From an uncultured delta proteobacterium (GTDB taxonomy: Bacteria > Desulfobacterota > Binatia > UBA9968), in the NCBI GenBank assembly GCA_963755715.1, contig CAVWLW010000067.1, positions 1 to 64,000 on the forward strand: a stretch of DNA of 64,000 nucleotides, read 5' to 3'. Numbering within the stretch: the stretch's first letter is position 1; each line of letters starts with the position of its first letter. The notes under the pieces are model-generated. The model saw only the letters and a list, made by a program, of their open reading frames with translations. It was not told where the DNA came from and ran no database searches. Below are positions 56,527 through 64,000 of this stretch, piece by piece. Both the position numbers and the translations under genes were made by a program.

Positions 56527-58761
56527 ATGATGACTCTCGAACAATTGCCGCCGATTCCACGCCCGCCAAACGATCCGACGTCGTGGCTCCTCAACTGGCG
56601 CGTCGGTTGGCGTGCCGCCGAACTGCAACACCTGTCCGCGGAGCGATCGCTGGTGCTGGCTCCGGCGCCGGACACACAGCGTTCGCTGACAGAACCAAGC
56701 GGCAGCTTTGGCGGACTCAAGCCGCCGGGTAACGTCGCGTTAGGCCCCGACGGCAGTATCTATCTGCTCGATGCGGCCACCGCGCAGTTGAAACGCTTCG
56801 ATCCCTGCGAATGCCGCTTCCAGCCGGTTCCCTGTCTGGGCGGCAGCGGCAGCGGGCCGCGGCAGTTGAAAAATCCCCATGGCGTCGCGATCTGCGCCGG
56901 CAATCTGTTTGTGTGCGATACCGGCAATCATCGCTTGAGCGTGTTTGCTTTGCATGGATTCGTGCTGCGGGGATTCTGGCAGCCGCCGCCCGCCGCTTAC
57001 AAAGGACCCAGTCCACATCTGGCAAATCCATGGGAACCGTTCGATCTCACTTTCGACCGGTTCGGGCGAGCGTACGTTACCGATGGGGCGAACGGCTGTA
57101 TTCATCGTTTCACTCCGGCGGGGCAGTGGCAAAAATGTTTCCCGGGTTTCGGACCAGCGACCTGGATCGCCACGGACTGCCGCGACCGTACTTACGTCGT
57201 TGTCGCCGGCACGCCTGCAACCGTTGTGAAAGTCGATGGTGACGGCAACGGCGTCGAGACCGGGCCGGCGGAGCCGGTGCCGGCATTTCCGGGTATGCCT
57301 TTTTCAGTGGATGCCGACGGCTTGCTCCATCTCGGCCCGTTATGCGCCGCCGTTTCGGCAACGAATTGTATAGGCGCGCAACCGGCGCCAAAGTGCCCGC
57401 CCGGTCAAAGCCCGGAGCGCGGTGTTTTCGACCGGCGCGGCAATCCGGTGGACTGTTTTGTCAGCAAGCCCGCGAGCTACGTGACCCAGGCGACCTATGT
57501 CAGCGCCGCGCTCGACAGCGAGCTCTATCGATGCCAATGGCACCGCATCATTTTGCGCGGCGAGATCCCCGCCGGCGCCCGCGTGGTGGTTTCAAGCTAC
57601 ACGGCGGAAGCGGAGTTGGCCGACGACGACATCCAGAATCTGGGCGACGTCTGGCAAACCAACCAGACGGCGACTGAAATGGTCGGCGGCGAGTGGGACT
57701 GCCTGGTGCGCAGCGGCGGCGGCCGTTTTCTCTGGCTGCGACTCGAATTTCGCGGCAACGGCAAGGTGACGCCCCGCCTCGACAGCATCGAGATCGAATT
57801 TCCGCGCATTAGTTTGCGGCGCTACCTGCCGGCGGTGTTCGGCAAAGAAGCCGTCAGCGCCGACTTCACGGATCGTTTTCTGAGCCTCTTCGATACCACT
57901 TTTCGCTCCATTGAAACCAAACTGGATCGTGAAGCGCGGTATTTCGATCCGCTTTCGGCGCCCGCGGAACGCGACCCGAAAACCGGCGCGGATTTTCTCT
58001 CCTGGCTGGCATCGTGGATTGGTCTCATTCTCGACCGGCACTGGCCCGAGGCCAAACGCAGAAAGTTTTTCAAGCACGCCGGGCGCTTGTATGCACTGCG
58101 CGGCACGCGCCGGGGCTTGTGGCGCGAGCTGCTGCTGTTTCTCGACATGGACGGCGACCTGTGTTGCCGGACCGACCAGCCGCCTGATCGTTGCCAGCCG
58201 CGGCCCGCGAACTGCGCGCCGCCGAAACCGGCCGCATGCGGGTGGTGTCCGCCGCCGCTGATTCTCGAGCACTTCAAGTTGCGCCGCTGGCTCTTTCTCG
58301 GCGCCGGCCGCCTCGGCGATCAGGCGGTGCTGTGGGGCAAACGGATCGTCAACCGCAGCCAGCTGGACGATACCGCCCGGGCGGATCGCACCCGATTGCT
58401 GACGGCGCAGGATCCGCTGCGCGACCCGTTTCATGTGTATGCTTACAAATTCAGCGTCTTTGTTCCGGCGTCTTTCCGCGCATCGGATACCGACCGCAAG
58501 GCGCTGGAAAATATTCTACGCAACGGCCGGCCGGCGGGGACCCTGGCGCAGCTCGAATACGTCGAGCCGCGCTTTCGCATCGGCTTTCAATCGATGATCG
58601 GTTTTGACAGCGTCGTCGGCCGTTATCCGGTCGGGGTAACTTTGAACGATATGCAGCTCGGCCGCGCCACGGTGTTGACGGCGCCGCCGCACAAACAGGG
58701 CGGACCGTCTCTGGCAATCGGCGAACAGTCACGCATCGGCACGACAACGCGATTGGAATAG
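56527..58761 (+). CDS. Baseplate/tail protein I-like (Afp12/gp7-like) with N-terminal NHL beta-propeller
   Basis: NHL repeats (QLKNPHGVAI...LFVCDTGNHRL); YLPAVF...FTDRFLSLF, FLSWLASWIG, RGTRRGL, RPAGT. Confidence 0.8.
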   Translation: MMTLEQLPPIPRPPNDPTSWLLNWRVGWRAAELQHLSAERSLVLAPAPDTQRSLTEPSGSFGGLKPPGNVALGPDGSIYLLDAATAQLKRFDPCECRFQPVPCLGGSGSGPRQLKNPHGVAICAGNLFVCDTGNHRLSVFALHGFVLRGFWQPPPAAYKGPSPHLANPWEPFDLTFDRFGRAYVTDGANGCIHRFTPAGQWQKCFPGFGPATWIATDCRDRTYVVVAGTPATVVKVDGDGNGVETGPAEPVPAFPGMPFSVDADGLLHLGPLCAAVSATNCIGAQPAPKCPPGQSPERGVFDRRGNPVDCFVSKPASYVTQATYVSAALDSELYRCQWHRIILRGEIPAGARVVVSSYTAEAELADDDIQNLGDVWQTNQTATEMVGGEWDCLVRSGGGRFLWLRLEFRGNGKVTPRLDSIEIEFPRISLRRYLPAVFGKEAVSADFTDRFLSLFDTTFRSIETKLDREARYFDPLSAPAERDPKTGADFLSWLASWIGLILDRHWPEAKRRKFFKHAGRLYALRGTRRGLWRELLLFLDMDGDLCCRTDQPPDRCQPRPANCAPPKPAACGWCPPPLILEHFKLRRWLFLGAGRLGDQAVLWGKRIVNRSQLDDTARADRTRLLTAQDPLRDPFHVYAYKFSVFVPASFRASDTDRKALENILRNGRPAGTLAQLEYVEPRFRIGFQSMIGFDSVVGRYPVGVTLNDMQLGRATVLTAPPHKQGGPSLAIGEQSRIGTTTRLE

Positions 58762-58808
58762 AGGTGACGATCCGCGAGATCAGCGCAGCGTTCCACTAGG
58801 AGAGAATC

Positions 58809-61322
58809 ATGGTTCATTCACACAATGGTAATGTCCACCAGCTTGCTTGCCCGGCCTGCGACTACGGGCCATTCACGCGCAACAATTATTTCACCGGCAA
58901 GCTCCTGGTCGAGCGGGATTTCACCGATGAAACCCGTTTCCACATGGAAAAGCTGCGCCACCACGAGCAGCTGCTGCACGGCTCGGGCGTGGTCTGCGGT
59001 CTGAAAGTCAAGCCGCATCCGAACGAAGCCTGCCGCGACCGCTTTGTCTGCGTGGAGCCCGGATCGGCGGTCGATTGCTGCGGCCATGACATCATCGTCG
59101 CCGAAGAAGAGTGCGTCGACATTACGCGCTTTGCGGAAATCAAAGCGCTGCAGAGCAACAACGACAAGGACTCGCATAGGTTGCAGATCTGCGTGCGCTT
59201 TCGCGAATGCCCGACTGAAGATATTCCGGTGCTCTACGACGATTGCGGCTGTGACGATACCAAGTGCGCGCCCAATCGTATTCTCGAGTCTTACGAAATC
59301 GGCGTCATGATCGATCCGCCGGACCAGCCGGACTCCTTGCACACGCCGAAATTTAGCTGGGAGAACTCCATCGCCGTGGCCCACGCGGCTGCGGCTGTGC
59401 TGCACGATGCGTCGCATCGACTGTATGTTCTGACCGCGGACGATCCCGCCACCGTCTATCAGATCAGTAGCGATAATCACGCGACGATCACCTCGCGGAC
59501 CTTGCCGGCGAAGGTTCTTGCGCAGGCGGTTTCGAATGACGGCAAGCATCTCTACGTCGTCGTCGAGCCCACCACGCCGGCGACGCTGCGCCAGCTGCAC
59601 GTGCTCGATACGACCCAGCCGGGCATGCCCGACTTTAATACGAATCCGCTCGACCTGCCCAATAGTACGGGCAGCGCCGTGGCGTTGGCCGTCGCGCCGA
59701 ACGCGCGGTTGCTCGCGCTGGTGGCATCCAGCGGCGATGTTCTGCGCTGGCCTGCCGACCTCGACACGAACCCAGCTCCGGCTGCTCCGGACATCGTCAA
59801 GAATCTCGGCGCGGGCGTGGCCGGATTGACGCTGAGCAGCGACGGCAAGCTGGCTTTCGTGCTCGGACCGGGAAATCAGATTCAGGCGCTCGATCTGGCC
59901 GCCGCCACGGTGACTCCCATAACCGTGCTGCCTGCCGCGGCGAAGCCTTCGTCCATGGCGCTGGTCAGCAGCACCGCGCCGGACATGCTCGCCGTGGCCG
60001 ATCAAACCAATATGTTTGTTCACCTCGTTCAGCTGCCGCCGTCGGCGACGTTGATAGGCAGCGTCAAACTCGATCATCCGCCGGTCGGGCTCGTCGCCGC
60101 TGCAGGAGGACACTGGGCCTACATCCTCGAAAGGGATACCGACAGCTTTATTCAATCGGTCAGCCTTGATGCGCTGGTGCAGCATCTCGCGGCGACACCG
60201 GGTGCAGCGTTCAAGATCGGCGACGACAGCCGGCAGATCGTCATGACCGCATCGGGCAAGCGTCTCTACATTCCGTACGTCGATGATATCGCCCAGCCTG
60301 CCGCCGGCGGCGTCGCGATCGTGGAAGTTACCGAAGGATCATGCGCGGAAATTCTCTGGCGTCATCTCGACGGCTGCCCGCATTGCGACCTGCCGGATTG
60401 CGTGGTGCTGGCGACCATTGAGAACTATCACCTCGGTGATCGTATTGAAGAACAAACCGATCCGCCCGCCGATCCGGCACAGGATGCCCAAGACAAAATC
60501 GCCCGCATCGACAATCGCAAGGGAAGACGGCTGCTGCCGAGCACGGAAGTTTTGACCGAGCTGGTGGAGTGTCTGCTCGAACACGGGGTCGGCGGAGCCG
60601 GGACTCAGGGTCTTCCCGGCACGCCGGGCGCGAAGGGTGACAAAGGCGACAAGGGCGACAAAGGAGACAGCGTCACCGGGCCAGCCGGCGCCAAGGGAGA
60701 TCCGGGGCCGGGGTTAGAGGAAGGGCTCACGAGAATCGAAGCGTTGAGCTGGACTCACAACATCGAACAGGTGGCCGCGCCGGGCACGGTAAATTCCTTC
60801 GCCGTGGAAGTGACGATGGTAACCGGCGCGAAGATTCCCGGACTGGTTATCGGCTTCACCGCCGACGTTCAGGTCAGCAAGTTTATCGATGCCGATCATG
60901 TGTTCCAGGTTCTCGTCGATCACACCAACGCGGAGGATGCGCGGCGCGGTTTGGCCTGCCGCTGCGCGATTCGCGGCCGCACGATTCCGGTGAAGCTGAA
61001 GCTCGACGGGCAAGGCAAAATCGTCGTGAATGCCGCCGGCCATATCGATACCGCTTCGGAGTTGCCGGCCGGCGACGCGCGCGGCGTCGCTTTTCTGCTG
61101 GATAACGAAAATTTCCCGATCGCCGGCGAAATTCTCAACGGCAAGGTCAATGACCTGTGGATCCTCCTGCGCGGCGATTTCGTGCTCGACAGCAAGGGCA
61201 AGGCCGTCGATGCCGAATTCGCCCGCGCAGAGTTGCCGACCGGCGATCACCCCAATGGCAGCGTGTTCGGGGTTCAAGGCGGACTGTTCGAAAGCTGGTT
61301 CACGGTCAAAGCGCAGGGCTAG
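58809..61322 (+). CDS. Tail-fibre-like protein: fibre-attachment N-domain, beta-propeller, collagen-like repeat
   Basis: RNNYFTGKLLVERDFTDE...LHGSGVVCGL; propeller-like repeats; GTQGLPGTPGAKGDKGDKGDKGD. Confidence 0.7.
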   Translation: MVHSHNGNVHQLACPACDYGPFTRNNYFTGKLLVERDFTDETRFHMEKLRHHEQLLHGSGVVCGLKVKPHPNEACRDRFVCVEPGSAVDCCGHDIIVAEEECVDITRFAEIKALQSNNDKDSHRLQICVRFRECPTEDIPVLYDDCGCDDTKCAPNRILESYEIGVMIDPPDQPDSLHTPKFSWENSIAVAHAAAAVLHDASHRLYVLTADDPATVYQISSDNHATITSRTLPAKVLAQAVSNDGKHLYVVVEPTTPATLRQLHVLDTTQPGMPDFNTNPLDLPNSTGSAVALAVAPNARLLALVASSGDVLRWPADLDTNPAPAAPDIVKNLGAGVAGLTLSSDGKLAFVLGPGNQIQALDLAAATVTPITVLPAAAKPSSMALVSSTAPDMLAVADQTNMFVHLVQLPPSATLIGSVKLDHPPVGLVAAAGGHWAYILERDTDSFIQSVSLDALVQHLAATPGAAFKIGDDSRQIVMTASGKRLYIPYVDDIAQPAAGGVAIVEVTEGSCAEILWRHLDGCPHCDLPDCVVLATIENYHLGDRIEEQTDPPADPAQDAQDKIARIDNRKGRRLLPSTEVLTELVECLLEHGVGGAGTQGLPGTPGAKGDKGDKGDKGDSVTGPAGAKGDPGPGLEEGLTRIEALSWTHNIEQVAAPGTVNSFAVEVTMVTGAKIPGLVIGFTADVQVSKFIDADHVFQVLVDHTNAEDARRGLACRCAIRGRTIPVKLKLDGQGKIVVNAAGHIDTASELPAGDARGVAFLLDNENFPIAGEILNGKVNDLWILLRGDFVLDSKGKAVDAEFARAELPTGDHPNGSVFGVQGGLFESWFTVKAQG

Positions 61323-61393
61323 CGCCGGGAACTCAACGGCAAGACGTTTAGGAAGAGAATGGATTTCAGCGCACACAAGACTAGGAGTAAACC

Positions 61394-63091
61394 ATGGCAC
61401 AAACTTTAATGACGGCGCCGGCAACTTCACGAATGAAAACATTGCAGCCGGTTTGCCCGGCTTGCGGAGGACTCGAATGCTTGTGCCGGCCGCGATTCTT
61501 CGCCGGCCAACTGTTGACCGAAGAGGATCTCAACCGCCTCGATCACTACATCGTCGAGAAAAACAAACTGCACAACCGCTACCTGCACGGTTGGGGCGTC
61601 GTCTGCGGCCTGGAAGTTTTTTGCCATCCCTGCGAAGGGCAGGTCACCGTCACGTCCGGCTATGCTCTGAGCCCGTGCGGCGATGACATCGTTTTGTGCG
61701 CCGACGATGTCGTCAACGTGTGCGATCTTATCCAGCGCTGCCGCGAGCGGGAGCGGCTGGATTGCGAACCGCCGCGCCCCGCCGCAAGCGCGGAATGCCA
61801 GGATGTCACGGAACAGTGGGTGTTGACGGTTTGCTTCACGGAAAAGGCCTCGCGCGGCGTGACGGCGTTGCGCGGCAGCAGCGAGGCTGCGTGCTGCTCG
61901 AGCTGCAGTTGCGGCGGCTCCGCCAGTTGCGGCTGCGGCTGTCAGGAAAGCGGCATCAGCCGAAAGCAGCCGGCTCCGCCGGCTCGGTCTGCGCGTTCGC
62001 TTTCGACCGATGCACGATCCGGCCGTGACCTCTGCGAGCCGACGGTCACCTGCGAAAGCCACTATTTCTCGCTCTACAAAGCATCGGCTGCCGATCCGAA
62101 ACCGGGAGAGGCGCTCGGCGCGATGATTCAGCGCTTCGAGGCCTGTATGAAAGGTTTGTTCGATGCCGTGCCGCCGCTGCCGACGAGCATCGAGCAAGCG
62201 CAGGCATGGTGCTGTCAGCTGAAGCAGAACTTCATCGACTTCTTAACCGATCACCCGATCCACGACTGCCTCGCCTTGCAGAAACTTGCGCAGTTCGTTT
62301 GTCCCGCGCCGAGTCAGAATCAGACGCCGGAACAATATTGGACCGCAGTGCTCACGCAGATAGCGCCGATTCTCGCCGAATATATTCGTTCGTGCGCGTG
62401 TTCGGCCCTGTTGCCTCCCTGCCCCGATCCGGCCGCCAGCAATTGCGTGCCGCTGGCAACGATTACGATTCGCAAGCGCGACTGCAAAATCATGCGGGTG
62501 TGCAACTGGAGCGTGCGCAAGTTCGTGACCACCTTTCCCAATCTGCAGTATTGGCTCTCCTTCCTGCCGTTCGTGCGCAGCCTGCGGCAGGCCATCGAGA
62601 TCGGTTGCTGCCGGCCGTTTCCGTCGCTTGGCAGCGCCGGCCTCTCGGCGGGAACGCGATCGGATAGACGCTTTACCGCTTTCAGGAGAGCGGCGACGGC
62701 AATCAATCCAGAGCAGGAATTTTCCCGAGTGCTGTTGGACGCAATCGGGAATCGCGACCGCACGATCGACGCGCAAACGCTCTTTCTCGGCGCGATGGAG
62801 TTTCAGGATGACAAAAATCGGCCGCTGATGACCGACGCCGAGCTGCGCAATCCGCTGCAGTTTTTACTCATCAATCAGCTCGCGCCGCCGCTGGTGAGAA
62901 ATGCCGTCCCCGACGAAGACGCCGAGCCATTGCAGACGCTGTTGGCGACGATCTCGCGCGTCCTGGGTTCGTCACAAGCCCCCACCGGCGAAGCGCAGAC
63001 GCTCACCAGCCAGGTCGAGGAGCTAAAGCGCATGGTCGAGGATCAGCAGGCTCGCATCAGCGAGTTGCAGCAGCGCTTAGGCAACCGGTAA
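61394..63091 (+). CDS. Cys-rich fibre-domain paralog with C-terminal coiled coil
   Basis: RPRFFAGQLLTEEDL...LHGWGVVCGL; CCSSCSCGGSASCGCGC; terminal VEELKRMVEDQQARISELQQRL. Confidence 0.65.
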   Translation: MAQTLMTAPATSRMKTLQPVCPACGGLECLCRPRFFAGQLLTEEDLNRLDHYIVEKNKLHNRYLHGWGVVCGLEVFCHPCEGQVTVTSGYALSPCGDDIVLCADDVVNVCDLIQRCRERERLDCEPPRPAASAECQDVTEQWVLTVCFTEKASRGVTALRGSSEAACCSSCSCGGSASCGCGCQESGISRKQPAPPARSARSLSTDARSGRDLCEPTVTCESHYFSLYKASAADPKPGEALGAMIQRFEACMKGLFDAVPPLPTSIEQAQAWCCQLKQNFIDFLTDHPIHDCLALQKLAQFVCPAPSQNQTPEQYWTAVLTQIAPILAEYIRSCACSALLPPCPDPAASNCVPLATITIRKRDCKIMRVCNWSVRKFVTTFPNLQYWLSFLPFVRSLRQAIEIGCCRPFPSLGSAGLSAGTRSDRRFTAFRRAATAINPEQEFSRVLLDAIGNRDRTIDAQTLFLGAMEFQDDKNRPLMTDAELRNPLQFLLINQLAPPLVRNAVPDEDAEPLQTLLATISRVLGSSQAPTGEAQTLTSQVEELKRMVEDQQARISELQQRLGNR

Positions 63092-63104
63092 ACGGAGGAT
63101 CACC

Positions 63105-64000
63105 ATGGCGGCGAACCAGACGCAGCGGCCGAAATTTTTTGAAGAGCAATACCTCGGCGCCGCCGATCTTACCGCGGTGGTCGATTACGGGCGCATCCAG
63201 CAGGCGCGCCACGCACTGGGCGCGCACACCTGGGGCATCGCCATCGGCTTGACGTTGAAAGAGACGCCCCAGGCCGGCGGCGCGGTGACCGTGCATGTGT
63301 TGCCGGGCTATGCCTGGGACGGATACGGCCGCCCGATCGTCGTGCTCTCGCCCTATCAGATTCCCGAGGAGAGGTTCAGTGCAATCAAGTTCGATCCGAG
63401 CATCGATACGGACGGCAAGGGACGCTTGATTCCGGTGTGGCTCTGCTATGACGAAACCGCAACCCAGAGCCCGCGGCCCGGCTTCGAAGTGTGCGATGTG
63501 GCCGATCAACTGTCACGCATTCAGGAAAGTTTCCGTATCGAAATCGGCGATCAGCCTGCGCCGGCGGATCGCTACTCGGGAGTGAATGTTGCGGCCAAAA
63601 ATATTATCGATGCCGCGACCGCGTTACAGGCGTTCGATCCGGCTGCCCCGCTGGTGCGCGACGAGTCGATTGCGCAGCAGAATTTTCCCGATCCGCAAAA
63701 TCGCGCGCGCTGGTTGATACCGATCGGCTACGTGCGCTGGCTGCCGGTGCAGAATCAGGCCGGGCACTTCGTCGCGCGCGACGATAGCGGCGCGGGTGGG
63801 CTGCCCAAGGATTCGGATCAGATCCGCATCTTCCGCCGTTATGCCGGCGTGGTCGCCGAAGCCATCGAGGCGGCGGACGGCAGAATTCGTCTCAAGAACC
63901 GGGGCAACGGACTTCCAACCGTGCGCACGGATGAGCTGGTCTGGGTCGAAGGCGATCTGCGCATCGAAGGCGATCTGCGGCTTTTCAATCACAAGCTGGA
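63105..64000 (+). CDS. Third fibre-domain paralog (probable tail fibre), partial; absent from the ORF track
   Basis: RBS GGAGG; MAANQTQRPKFFEEQYLGAADL...HTWGIAIGL...PGYAWDGYGRPI; appears open to the window end. Confidence 0.75.
   Translation, partial: MAANQTQRPKFFEEQYLGAADLTAVVDYGRIQQARHALGAHTWGIAIGLTLKETPQAGGAVTVHVLPGYAWDGYGRPIVVLSPYQIPEERFSAIKFDPSIDTDGKGRLIPVWLCYDETATQSPRPGFEVCDVADQLSRIQESFRIEIGDQPAPADRYSGVNVAAKNIIDAATALQAFDPAAPLVRDESIAQQNFPDPQNRARWLIPIGYVRWLPVQNQAGHFVARDDSGAGGLPKDSDQIRIFRRYAGVVAEAIEAADGRIRLKNRGNGLPTVRTDELVWVEGDLRIEGDLRLFNHKL

Larger units (their letters stand above)
42227..64000 (+). other. Extracellular contractile injection system (eCIS, Afp/PVC-like phage-tail particle) locus, incomplete at window end
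   Basis: Co-oriented DUF4255/Pvc16, two sheaths, two tubes, LysM tube initiator, GPD hub, gpV spike, PAAR-like, gp25, baseplate J, tail protein and fibre genes; no capsid/portal/terminase and no T6SS membrane complex seen. Confidence 0.93.

Noticed and set aside
42227-64000. Prophage or type VI secretion system
   Set aside because: No capsid, portal, terminase, integrase or replication genes; no TssJLM, TssK or ClpV; DUF4255, paired sheaths/tubes and a LysM initiator fit eCIS.
1-64000. tRNA, rRNA, riboswitch or IS elements
   Set aside because: None recognised by eye; covariance-model and IS searches would be needed to exclude them.

Overview
The window contains two unrelated DNA sources joined near position 5060. 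(1) Bases 1-~5060 are AT-rich, with gene types and promoters typical of soil ammonia-oxidising archaea (Nitrososphaeraceae-like; taxonomy inferred). They encode a receiver/thioredoxin-reductase fusion, a tiny sequon-dense secreted protein, two SnoaL-like proteins and an MDR quinone reductase; two of these genes share a duplicated 58-bp promoter. (2) Bases ~5060-64000 are GC-rich bacterial DNA (Binatota/Deltaproteobacteria-like, inferred) with many single-base indels that look like long-read errors. In order, this part holds: an aromatic/heterocycle catabolic cluster (two Rieske oxygenases, crotonase-family protein, citryl-CoA-lyase-like protein, CoA transferase III, TAXI binding protein, Mo-hydroxylase large subunit, UbiD) with a CbbQ/NorQ-CbbO/NorD chaperone pair; a zinc-ribbon/cyclase/ATPase/TPR protein; a three-gene TE-less NRPS with unusual adenylation domains (non-amino-acid starter, Ala, Lys2-like degenerate, beta-Ala-type) plus a secreted peptidase; two sigma54 activators with two matching -24/-12 promoters; and an extracellular contractile injection system (eCIS) running off the window end. 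The eCIS is the main candidate for an undescribed system. It has a ~1060-aa sheath carrying about five tandem accessory domains, three paralogous fibre-type proteins (two very Cys-rich), and an apparent two-step sigma54 cascade controlling it. All calls come from reading motifs by eye; no database searches were run.
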